Source: Amoeboradix gromovi X-113 (lineage: Eukaryota > Fungi > Sanchytriomycota). Taken from it: a DNA stretch of 13,987 nt. Position numbers and translations under genes: made by a program. The notes under the pieces were generated by a model, which saw only the letters and a list, made by a program, of their open reading frames with translations, was not told where the DNA came from and ran no database searches. Below are positions 1 through 9,147 of the stretch, one piece after another. Where the stretch lies: assembly GCA_018985225.1 (NCBI GenBank), contig JADGIF010000219.1, positions 1 through 13,987 of the forward strand, given 5' to 3'. Positions within the stretch are counted from its first letter, which is position 1. Each line of letters starts with the position of its first letter.

Positions 1-485
1 ATGTCTACTAGGGTTTTGAACAGGCCGTGGACTGTAAGTGGTTTGGGGGCTGACACGAGGATTTGGTTCTGGCGGGATTGCTCAGCAACTGTCGCAAGGT
101 CTCCAACTGTCTCCATCAGCGTTTTAATGGTTGCAGAAGACTTACCGTACGCTTGGGCAATAGCCTTAACGAGTAGCCCATCTCCAATGCCCAGCTCTAT
201 GTTTTTGTAGTCAGGAGCAATCTTTCCACTGGACAGATAAACGGTAGGTAGTACCGATTCTGGAGCATTTTGAAATAGCTTCGATAGATGCGAAGAGAAC
301 AACTCCTGGATTTCTAGCCTCTTAGTAGTTGAATCGATCTTCTTTAGCACTTGGGCTAGCTGGCTAAACAACTGACTGCTAACGTTCTCTTTTGCATCTT
401 GGACAACAACATCAACTTCTATTTTAGCACGTTTTACAGTGGTCGTAGTTGTTGATGCGACACGTTTGGCAAAGAAATTGTTCAT
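1..485 (-). CDS. LIG1: DNA ligase I (Cdc9/LIG1), N-terminal DNA-binding domain; 3' part runs off the window
   Basis: Hand translation from ATG at 485 (not in the ORF track) gives MNNFFAKR...LKKIDSTTKRLEIQ...VYLSSGKIAPDYKNIELGIGDGLLVKAIAQAYG...GDLATVAEQSRQNQILVSAPKPLTVHGLFKTLVD, open to base 1. This matches LIG1 DBD motifs (STTKRLEI, ELGIG, GDL, PKPLTV). Confidence 0.93.
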   Translation of the reverse strand, partial: MNNFFAKRVASTTTTTVKRAKIEVDVVVQDAKENVSSQLFSQLAQVLKKIDSTTKRLEIQELFSSHLSKLFQNAPESVLPTVYLSSGKIAPDYKNIELGIGDGLLVKAIAQAYGKSSATIKTLMETVGDLATVAEQSRQNQILVSAPKPLTVHGLFKTLVD

Positions 486-966
486 CACTGGTTAGAGAAG
501 GGTTTATAAACACGGGTAACAAAAATTTATTCAAAAGATGGGAACCCGTATACCAATTTCTTATTTTTTATGAAAGCCTACACTATTAGCGTTAAGTATT
601 AATCCCGAGTGAGGCTGTTAAATTATCACACAGGCGTTGCAGCATATCTGGACTACTTCAAAGACGTGTAAGTTTGGATTAATTCTTAATTCCCATACCA
701 GTCTGAAGTCGGTGAGATTATATTAATCTAATCCAGGTGTGCTAATTTAACTAACTAAAAGACTGATTTGAAGCTGCTTTTTGTGGTATACAGTCAATCA
801 AGGGCGAAAATCTGTAATATTTATATTCTGATTGTAGAAAATTGCACAGTAGGTTCTGGCAATATACAATTTACTCAAAAAAACAAAATTGGTGCTGCTA
901 TGATAGGACATACTAAGTAAGAAATTTCTGTACTTGGATTAGGCTTTTAAAAACATTTTTCCAGAC

Positions 967-2835
967 ATGGCTGCTAATGCTGTCAATTGTTTTGTTGTTG
1001 ATTTGAAAGTACTCAATGTACATATATATTGTGCAAAGTTAATGCTATTTCACTACGAATGGTATCGTAGTATTGTAATTCTAATAGGAACCAAGGAAAC
1101 AGAAAATTCAGAAGGGTACGAAAACATTTCCACCAAATTTATCAATTCAAGTGACGAGTTAATTAAACTGTTTGATGGTCTCAAATCTCTTCCTTTTGTT
1201 GAGGATGACCAATCCGATTTAGGTAATGGTGCATTCTTAGGAGTTGAAATTATTCGATCCCGTCGTAGTGATCAGAAGCAGTTAAAATCTAATATGAGCA
1301 ATTTGGTCATCTTATCTAATTCTCTGTTTGAGTTTAATAATGATTCTGAGCAAGAACAGTTTGAATCCATGGTAAAGCATGCCCATTTAACTGTGCAGTA
1401 CTACCAAACTATTCCATTGACTCTAAATCTTCCTTTTCCTATCTATATACTTGATCTGTATTATCATAAGCCGGTCTTAGAGCGTGCAATGTACTCTGGT
1501 CCTTTAAATTTTACTGATTCAATTTACATCAACATAAAACTATTCTGCAAGTCCACTCGTAAGCTTGGTCCTTCTCTCCATCGTATGACTGGTGGTTCAA
1601 ATAGCAACTTAAATGATCTAATTGAATCTATATCTGACGAATACAACCATGCCAGGGACTCTTACGTTGATAACAACATTAATCCAGCAGCAGCCGATAA
1701 TCAAGAGCAGTCTTTGCTCTCAACAATCAAAGCTTATAAATACGCTAATCAATTTGTTAGCTTGGATGAGTCGGACTGGAAGTATTTAAAGAATATCGAG
1801 CACACTTCTAGTGGTATTCAGTATATCGGATCCATAGATAAATCCGAGTTCAGAATAGAAACCTGCATAAGCAACGTGTACTGTGTTAAAGCCCAAGCTC
1901 CATCTGAAATACCGTTTCAAGCGTTTTTAATGAGCTTAGTCAAATCTAATAAATACGCGCTACTGAGGGTACAGACTAGAGTCAATGTTCACGAGAAGTT
2001 GGCTGTACTTAGACCTGTAATAGAAAACAATTCCTATTTCGGATATCTGCAATATCTGCCATATCAACAGGATGTTCGTAAATACTCTTTTCCAAATCTA
2101 CCTGTTAATACAAGCAAGGACAGTTTAGATGTATGGAAGGAAGCTAAACCCAGTTTGAATACTGTTGCAGCAATCCAAAAAATAATTGTGGATGGGAGCG
2201 AGGATAGCTTTGATCCAAGCGAGCTACATCTAGTGTCGTACCACCACATATATCATACGAGTCTGTTAAAGTGTATTGGCATCACTCAAAATGGTTTGTG
2301 CAGTGAGCTCGAGATGGAATTAAAACCATCTGCTAAATTGGTTAATAGTGTGATCAAGCATAAAGACTTGATACCTCAACAAGATGCAAGCATTAAAGTA
2401 ATTAAAAAAGTGAACTACAATAAAGTGCAGTTAGGGACTCACCGGGATATGAACAAATTGTTAGAGCTGGCACTGCAGGATTCATCAAATAGCAATATGG
2501 TGGAAATCGGAGAGGCAAGTTATGTAGAAGACTTTCAAAAAGCACTAAATGATGGTGATTTGGTTACAGCAGCTGTTGAGGAAATGATGAGGTTCATAGA
2601 ATCAGAAATAAGCAAAGGAAATGATGAGACTGCTACAAATGCGATATTGGTGTTAAGATCTTCATGTCCGAATGAGAATGAGAGCAACACATTCAATGAG
2701 TGGCTAACAGGATTAAGATCTAGAAATACTGAAGCATTTGAATATATGAAATACAAGCAGATCATGCTGATAAGTGAATTGGAAGCCAAGGATAGCAAAT
2801 TGAGTGTTGAGCATTGCAATAAATTCTACAATTGA
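967..2835 (+). CDS. KU80: Ku80 (XRCC5/YKU80) NHEJ DNA end-binding subunit
   Basis: 622-aa ORF with a vWA-like start (NCFVVDL...LIGTKET), Ku core motifs KAYKYANQFV, YALLRV...LAVLRP and YLPYQQDVRKYSFPNL, and a Ku80 C-terminal domain (EIGEASYVEDF...LISELEAKDSKLSVEHCNKF). Confidence 0.88.
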   Translation: MAANAVNCFVVDLKVLNVHIYCAKLMLFHYEWYRSIVILIGTKETENSEGYENISTKFINSSDELIKLFDGLKSLPFVEDDQSDLGNGAFLGVEIIRSRRSDQKQLKSNMSNLVILSNSLFEFNNDSEQEQFESMVKHAHLTVQYYQTIPLTLNLPFPIYILDLYYHKPVLERAMYSGPLNFTDSIYINIKLFCKSTRKLGPSLHRMTGGSNSNLNDLIESISDEYNHARDSYVDNNINPAAADNQEQSLLSTIKAYKYANQFVSLDESDWKYLKNIEHTSSGIQYIGSIDKSEFRIETCISNVYCVKAQAPSEIPFQAFLMSLVKSNKYALLRVQTRVNVHEKLAVLRPVIENNSYFGYLQYLPYQQDVRKYSFPNLPVNTSKDSLDVWKEAKPSLNTVAAIQKIIVDGSEDSFDPSELHLVSYHHIYHTSLLKCIGITQNGLCSELEMELKPSAKLVNSVIKHKDLIPQQDASIKVIKKVNYNKVQLGTHRDMNKLLELALQDSSNSNMVEIGEASYVEDFQKALNDGDLVTAAVEEMMRFIESEISKGNDETATNAILVLRSSCPNENESNTFNEWLTGLRSRNTEAFEYMKYKQIMLISELEAKDSKLSVEHCNKFYN

Positions 2836-3063
2836 TCATTTTTGGCCTTTAATGGTTTACACCACAAGTTATGGATATGCACATTGTATTACAGTCAAGT
2901 ATTTTAGACGGATTATGAAATGGCATGTGTAGCTAAATATGAAGATTTCAACGATTGGGCCAATTAAGATAAAATATGAAGGACGACATGTGCTGTTTGG
3001 AGCATTGAATGTATAAAAGGGCCATACAGGCAAACCTGCGAGAATTCAATTTTTTCAACTAAA

Positions 3064-3911
3064 ATGACTAGCGACGAGCACGTCCAGAAACTTAAGTACG
3101 GGCAATTAAAAAAAAGAATACGAGGGTTTCTGCTGGATAGGACTAAGAAAAATAGCAAGTTAGCAAAAAATGAAACGATGATTTATGACCAAGTCGTTGA
3201 GTGTATGTGCTTTACTTGCAAGAAATGCCAACTCTTTGCTATGCAAAAGGAAATAGATGATAAAATTCCAAATTTTTCAAATGAGCCATTGGAATTTGAC
3301 ACAGTTTATGATGAAGTAAATGGTATAAAGCTGAGTACGCAAAATTAAACCGCTGGATGAATAAACCAAATTTGAAATACCATCTTATTGAATTTTTAAG
3401 CTTGGCTTGGACGCTGTGAGTTATGCAGCCGTTCTAGAATCATTCCTGATGTTTTTTACCTAACAGCCCACATGTTGAGTAACTGATGACCATGTGCATA
3501 TTTAAAAACAAATCTCATCCAGGTGGGGTAGGATTCATGATAACATTAGAAAGGCCTCAAATGGATACAGTTGAAGCCTCGCTAATTGAAAACGAACTAA
3601 ATGAATCTACCATGTTAAAGGCATGGCACAAGATTCTTGGAACAACTGGAAAAACTAAGAAATCCGAAGATAAAACTGATTCCCTGCTGGAAAACTCTAT
3701 AATGAAAATTTCTGGTGTTCCATCACCTACAAAGTCTTTAGAGTTCATAACTATTTATGATGAAAAACCTCTTGAATTTGTTACAAAATATGAGCCCAAT
3801 TCCTTACACTTTATTACAGAATATAACAAACCTGTGGATGAGTTCATTACCATTTACCAAGATTCAGAAATAGACTTTATCACCATATACGATTGCTCTA
3901 AAAATAAATGA
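3064..3911 (+). pseudogene. Fragmented (frameshifted or spliced) orphan gene with Cys pairs and C-terminal 11-aa repeats
   Basis: ORFs 3064-3348 and 3486-3911 share the same motif (EPLEFDTVYDE vs LEFITIYDE). An intervening frame reads GRCELCSRSRIIPDVFYLTAHM, and CMCFTCKKC occurs upstream. No family recognised. Confidence 0.4.
3738..3893 (+). repeat. Five degenerate 33-bp (11-aa) coding tandem repeats
   Basis: LEFITIYDEKP/LEFVTKYEPNS/LHFITEYNKPV/DEFITIYQDSE/IDFITIYD, with Phe at residues 87, 98, 109, 120 and 131 of ORF 3486-3911. Confidence 0.85.
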
Positions 3912-5018
3912 TTTTTTCTTCTCTTAAATCCTGAGTTTATATCTTCTCCCATCACTGAAATTTTATTACACCACTTTCATCGTTCTAATAGCTTTTCTTG
4001 CTAAAATCTCTACTTGAACATGAATATGATTTCATTTCTACTTTGCAGGAAATGCCTTCAAAGCATATCGGCCATAACATGCCAAATCGAAAGAGTTCAT
4101 CAGGCTATATAAATACACTGTTAAACCTAGAATTTGTGGTAAAAGTTAAACTATTATCCAAAGAGAAGGCAATGGAGTAACGTATTGAAGTGTTTATAGT
4201 CAACAATGTATATTTCAGTCGAAGTATGTGGATCCCTATTCAATTAACCTTAGGCGACAAATGTGTGAGATTGCATTTGATATTTTTGGCCGATGCATTT
4301 CAACTCAGGAGTACTGCATTCACCGTGTCATGTATTCGGACATAGAACAGCCCAGCACATCTTCTTCATTTTGCAATACACTTTACTCTGAACCTGCTTT
4401 CAGAGGCCACGTACCATCTCCTAAAAACGTCTATCAAAAAAGCATTAGCATCCGTAAAACAGTCTACCAGATGGGATTTATTTACAACAGATACCTAGAA
4501 AGTTTAGCTTTTCTCCAAACCGCTTGAAATGACCTAACTTACCTTAATCACACTAATACAGGTAGCCTCAGTTCTAGTCTAGTCTTAATTATTACGAGAT
4601 TCAACATAATTGGACTGATGCATTAGTGCAAGCGTGGAAAAACAGAGGGTGAATATGATATGTCAATTTGCGCCATTTTCTCTATAAGACTGCTAAGGAT
4701 TGAGACACCAAATGAGGACTAATCTGAAAAAATGCCCTAACTCAATTTTTGACCAATCGAAATAAATGATTTGAAACATTCCGCCTCCAAAGATGCATGT
4801 TTATTGTGACAAGATGGAGCTAACGTATATGATTGGATGAAAAATAGTTATTTTGCCCCAAAGAAATAAATTAAATGGGAGTTAATTATATTTATTCTTT
4901 TTTTCTCTAATAGTTAATGAAGTCTTGTACATACAATACTAAATTAAAAGAAACCCCCATCTATGTAAGAAGAGGTTGCACTTCTGAGGTTATGGTGCAT
5001 GTAAATGAGAGTCGTCTC

Positions 5019-5190
5019 CTCGTTAAAAGTCCTGATTTCCGAGAAAATCGAGAATTTCCACAGAGAAACTAACAATGCTAGATGCTCCGTTACAGTGATT
5101 GCTCAAGCTTTCATTACCCTGAGGCGGGATCGAATAAGGATGCATACATTTGTATATATTCCTTGTGCCATATGGTCTCAATCTCCAAAT
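5019..5190 (-). ncRNA. TnpB/Fanzor2 3' remnant plus putative omegaRNA/right end (copy B)
   Basis: The reverse complement aligns without gaps to 9631-9772, with the last 63 nt 62/63 identical. Upstream it retains GAGACCATATGGCA-CAAGGAATATATAC (RDHMAARNIY remnant). It is interrupted at 5190/5747 by a MITE. Confidence 0.65.
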
Positions 5191-5746
5191 GTGACATCAA
5201 ATATAAAAACTGGACTAACTTTCTGTAACAACTTGGAACACTATTTCAGCTTTATTACTTTATGGATTTAAGAGACGAGTGGAAATTCTGCTAGTTGCGG
5301 AGTTGACGAGCATTAAAGGAAAATAAATAACTTTTTGTATCGAAATTTCAAAAATAAATATTCTGTACAGCTATTCTCTTACTCTTTCATCTAATCTTTA
5401 TTTCAAATAAACCTCTGATTCATAATACCAATTCATAGTACTAAGTTGTTGGAGCAGTTCAGCAAGACAAGATTTAGGGAGACTGTCCATAGATTACACT
5501 TCAAAGAAATGTAGTGTCTATGAGAATGAAATAGATAAGAGTACCGTCTAAGAAAATGCACCTTTTGCTTAGATGCTCAAAGACCTCATATATTTGAACG
5601 AGATGCAGGGTCTTCTAGTTTTATTTTGAAGAGGGAATACAATCAATAAAAGAAAATTGGTATAATAGAAGATCTTTTATTAATGATTTCCTCAGTACGG
5701 AGCGCCTTTAAAAACGAGTTAGTCTAGTTTTTATATTTGGTGTCCC
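5191..5746. mobile_element. 556-bp MITE with 30-bp TIRs and apparent 2-bp AT target duplication, carrying a Fanzor remnant
   Basis: 5191-5220 GTGACATCAAATATAAAAACTGGACTAACT vs the reverse complement of 5717-5746, GGGACACCAAATATAAAAACTAGACTAACT (27/30). AT occurs at 5189-5190 and 5747-5748. A second copy starts at 13779. Confidence 0.85.
5428..5649 (+). pseudogene. Fanzor1/TnpB-like C-terminal remnant (RuvC-II region, Zn finger, RuvC-III), frameshifted
   Basis: Pieces in three frames: PIHSTKLLEQFSKTRF / SIDYTSKKCSVYENE / RKCTFCLDAQRPHIFERDAGSSSFILKREYNQ*. This is the TSKxC...CxxC...RD layout of TnpB/Fanzor. Confidence 0.7.
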
Positions 5747-6231
5747 ATGAGTTTGTTTCATTTCAGCAAACAAAGCCGATTTACCATTTTAATAAAAAAA
5801 AGTATAACAAATAGATTTTACTAATCTTATTCTTCGGTATTTAATGTATGTATTAACGTATAAAATAGTAAAATAGTAAAAATCGAGTTAGGGACATTTT
5901 GTCAGATTGTTCCTAAAATAGTCTGTGTTTGGTGGATTCCAGCAACTTTAAAAAACACAAGTAAGAGAGCCAGACTCAAAATTTCATTCGTTTTGACTTC
6001 TTAGTTACAATATCATTTGAACTCATAGGTGAAAATGTTTGGCCACCACTAAAAATCAGGCTCAGAAATTCACAGGTTTACCATGGGGCAGTAATGACTT
6101 GAAATCCAGGACCAAGTGTGTTTTTATCTATCAGAACAGCCGAACTAAGCTTAGATGAGCATAGCATCTTCAGTGTGCCACGAAGAACGCTGGGTATGAA
6201 CTTATCGCACTTCTTTGGACACAATTAGATT

Positions 6232-6303
6232 CTCATTAAAAGTCCTGGTTTCAGAGAGAATCTGTCTCTGCTAGTCGATTCTCTACATTGATTGCTTAAA
6301 GCA
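6232..6303 (-). ncRNA. Internally deleted omegaRNA/right-end copy (copy C)
   Basis: Reverse complement GCTTTAAGCAATCAATGTA...CTAGCA...GATTCTCTCTGAAACCAGGACTTTTAATGAG matches copies A and B and ends at the same GAG. Confidence 0.55.
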
Positions 6304-6442
6304 GAAAGATATTAAGGAATTCGATAGCGAAGGAATGTAGTAAAAAGTGATTTTACTATGATGATAGCAGTTTTACCGCCTCTGATGGATGATTTTCTTA
6401 TTCATCTTGTTGCTATTAATCAATAATAGAATTTTGATACAT

Positions 6443-6790
6443 GAAGTCTGTTCTGACAAAATGTCATTATGTCTAAGTAGGAGCAACACCTAGAAACCAC
6501 ACTAGTAACCCGAAATCTTCATGCCATCAGATACGAAAGAAAGACGTCAGAATGCTGCCTTGTTTGTGAACAAGACGACATTAAAAACATTAAGACAGAA
6601 TATGAAGATTGTAATCAGTTAAGATTCTGCAGCATATGCTCAAGTGCTAATCAGCCAAGCTATTTTGAAAGAGATATGGCTAGTGCATTTTCATATTGAA
6701 AAAAGGCCTGAAGGCATAATACGGGACTGACACATGCTTCCAGGAGTTACTCCGACTAAGTGTTAGGGAGATTTTCTGAAATTAGGTCCC
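6443..6790. mobile_element. Degenerate TIR mini-element carrying a Fanzor remnant
   Basis: Left GAAGTCTGTTCTGACAAAATGTC resembles the 4714/5915/9941 TIR family. Right 6760-6790, reverse complement GGGACCTAATTTCAGAAAATCTCCCTAACAC, has the same terminus+19 nt+CTAAC spacing. Flanks are ACAT/ACAC. The two ends match each other only weakly. Confidence 0.45.
6481..6719 (+). pseudogene. Fanzor1/TnpB-like C-terminal remnant
   Basis: HAIRYERKTSECCLVCEQ...LRFCSICSSANQPSYFERDMASAF, then after a 1-nt shift FILKKGLKA*. It shows ExxTS, CxxC...CxxC and FERD, and is collinear with the 5428-5649 remnant. Confidence 0.75.
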
Positions 6791-6795
6791 ACACA

Positions 6796-8058
6796 ATGGC
6801 ATTGGAAGTGATTTTATTCATTTTATTGATATTTTCTATAGAACTAAGTAAAAGAGCAGTGAAAAGATCCGATGAAAAAGGCCTTACATATGAAAATGAC
6901 TTAGAGGTGTATGATAAGGTAGAGCATAGAATTAACAAGGTTCAGAGACTGGAAAAATTAATTAGAGACGTTGTAAAACTACTGGAATTTGTACAGGGGC
7001 TATCGCCTAGAGATGAGTATGAATTGCTCGAAAGGGAATTTAATTTATCAAAGTACGAGTGCATATTAGAAAAATTGAAAGAATCCTCAAGTAACTTAAT
7101 GCAAGGTGAAGCATATGAATCATATGAACACGAGATTTTAAGTCTTGAAGCGGACAAAACTAAGTTATTGGACTGCGTAATTCATCTGTGTATGTCGTTT
7201 CCAGACTTATCCACAGTAGACATCGAGGATATAATTCAACCCTTGCTGCGTGAAATCAAGGAGCTCCAGACTAAATTTTCTGTTTTAAACTCTTTGCAAC
7301 TAGAAGTATCATTGGTGAATGACTCTTGGGATTTCTTCACTTGCGATTTATTGCTGCTTAAGCGAAATGAGTTTGTAAAAATAGTAAGAAAACTCTTAGA
7401 AACAGAAACAGATCGAAGTCGGATAATAACGTACAAGCGCCTTTTAAAATTTAAAAAGCGGGTTAGATTCGATAGTCTGGTAGGCATAGCTCCTGAAAAT
7501 GAATTTGAGATAAAAAATCGAGAAATTTTTATGGAACTAGAAGACGACGTTAAAGTATTAAAAAGTTTTCTGTACAATTTGAAATATCCAATAATAAATA
7601 GGATGAGAACCCAGATTAACGGTAGCATCAGTATAAAGGACCTCGATCTGGTTCATTCAGAAGATGAATTGAAAGTAATGCATACAAACTTGATTGGGAA
7701 AATTGTGTTATTCAAAGTGAATCACAGCGATGTTGACACAACCGAAGTAGACTATATAATTGAGAGCACATGGAATAGCTATATAGCCTGCTCTGACATT
7801 GTTATTAGATTCAATGCAATTCTAGAGTTGATGAGCGAAGCAGAACTGTCTTTCACTACGAAATATATGATTTCGTATTCATCAGCAATTATTGAGTCCA
7901 TAAAGGTTCGAATAGATAAATACATTGAAAAGTACAGAGAAAGCAGCAAAGAAAAAAGACGGTTTCCAACTTTGGAGCAACTAATCTTTAGGAAACTAAC
8001 AGCTTTGGATAATCGTATAAAAGATCACAAGAGCGCATCCAATCCAGTTAATCGCTAA
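6796..8058 (+). CDS. Hypothetical 420-aa, probably secreted, helical protein
   Basis: Long intronless ORF. The first ATG at 6796 gives MALEVILFILLIFSIELSKRAVKR (hydrophobic N-terminus followed by KR sites). The protein is E/K/L-rich and no family was recognised. Confidence 0.75.
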   Translation: MALEVILFILLIFSIELSKRAVKRSDEKGLTYENDLEVYDKVEHRINKVQRLEKLIRDVVKLLEFVQGLSPRDEYELLEREFNLSKYECILEKLKESSSNLMQGEAYESYEHEILSLEADKTKLLDCVIHLCMSFPDLSTVDIEDIIQPLLREIKELQTKFSVLNSLQLEVSLVNDSWDFFTCDLLLLKRNEFVKIVRKLLETETDRSRIITYKRLLKFKKRVRFDSLVGIAPENEFEIKNREIFMELEDDVKVLKSFLYNLKYPIINRMRTQINGSISIKDLDLVHSEDELKVMHTNLIGKIVLFKVNHSDVDTTEVDYIIESTWNSYIACSDIVIRFNAILELMSEAELSFTTKYMISYSSAIIESIKVRIDKYIEKYRESSKEKRRFPTLEQLIFRKLTALDNRIKDHKSASNPVNR

Positions 8059-8570
8059 ATAACAGTGAGCTGTAACCCGGTAGTTGCTCAATGATCATCC
8101 TCGAAATCAGCTTTAAAAATGGTTAACTTACTGTGCAGTAAATACAAAGTGTCATCTCTACCCATCACTACAGCCATATGGAATTAAGCTTTGCCGTGCT
8201 TAAATAGATTTTATCGTTCCAACAATCTACTTCTCTTGAGTTTTTGACTGAGTAAAAACTCCATGAAAATTGTCTCCAAAGAATTTCATATTCTAGACAC
8301 GAAAAGCTATGCAAAAATCTCTTCTGCACCTCAAGTTGTCTAATGATAAAAATGCGGTTCAAGGAATAAGAAGGACTACTGGAATGCAGTGAATAATTTA
8401 CTTGTAAATTGTGGATATTTCAATTGAAATACACGCGTGTTAGCTCAATTCCCTTCTCTGTCAATCGAAGTGTGAGCAGCAATTTAGAGGACCCACTGAA
8501 ACTGTCAATTTCTAGGAAGTCAAGACACAAAATGGAGATAAATAAATTGATTAAATTAAATTGCATTTAT

Positions 8571-9147
8571 TCATTGTCTATACCAATAAGTCGTGTTTCT
8601 AGTCTTTTTAATCTTTTTCTGTAGCTGCAAAACGCCATAAAGCAACGCCTCTGCGGTTGGAGGACATCCAGGAACATATATATCAACTATGTTAATGTTA
8701 AATACCTGGAACTATTCGATCGCATCCACGAACAACAGCATACGAATAGTGATAGTATCCACCACCATTAGCACAGGAACCCATTGATATGACCCATCTA
8801 GGCTCAGGCATTTGATCATACACCTTCCTAAGAGCAGGTGCCATTTTGTTAGTCAATGTGCCAGCTACAATCATCACATCAGATTGACGTGGTGAGGCTC
8901 TAAACAGAATACCAAATCTGTCTTGATCATATCTACTAGCAGCCATATGCATCATTTCCACTGCACAACAAGCTAGCCCAAAAGTCATTGGCCATATAGA
9001 ACCAGTTCTGATATAGTTCACTAATTTATCAATGCTTGTCAGCGCATATTCGGCCTTGTTTTGTGGCTGTAGGGGTGTCATTATCTTAGCAGGCTGCAGA
9101 CTATTAAATCGCAGAGTTGTTCTGAAAAAGAGATTACGAGATATCAT
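8571..9147 (-). CDS. NDUFS7: Mitochondrial complex I subunit NDUFS7/PSST (20 kDa Fe-S); exons 9147-8706 and 8686-8571, 185 aa
   Basis: [16 protein letters not shown] is presequence-like. Motifs [25 protein letters not shown] and [10 protein letters not shown] are present. Removing 8687-8705 restores [42 protein letters not shown]. Confidence 0.97.
8687..8705 (-). other. 19-nt GT-AG spliceosomal intron
   Basis: GTATTTAACATTAACATAG. Its excision is required to restore the frame and the invariant [11 protein letters not shown] motif. Confidence 0.92.

Larger units (their letters stand above)
4714..5915. mobile_element. Non-autonomous TIR DNA transposon (Sola-like; GAG terminus, AAAT flanks) with nested insertions
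   Basis: Left 4714-4750 GAGGACTAATCTGAAAAAATGCCCTAACTCAATTTTT matches the reverse complement of 5878-5915, TAGGAACAATCTGACAAAATGTCCCTAACTCGATTTTT. AAAT occurs at both 4710-4713 and 5916-5919. Confidence 0.7.

Noticed and set aside
1-210. Plus-strand 69-aa ORF
   Set aside because: It is the antisense shadow of LIG1.
3738-3893. CRISPR-like array
   Set aside because: These are degenerate in-frame coding repeats without unique spacers, in a eukaryotic context with no cas genes.
3998-4527. Short ORFs 3998-4180 and 4228-4527
   Set aside because: They have non-ATG starts and no recognisable motifs on either strand.
5005-5271. 88-aa plus-strand ORF
   Set aside because: It is a chance frame across an antisense omegaRNA-like copy and a MITE TIR.
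5920-6225. Partly open minus-strand frame (CPKKCDKFIPSVLRG...)
   Set aside because: It has internal stops and no recognisable family. It may be a decayed gene but this cannot be supported.
7236-7628. Antisense ORFs within long genes (also 2064-2249, 2535-2819, 10811-11258, 12582-13037)
   Set aside because: They are shadow frames of real CDSs with no independent motifs.
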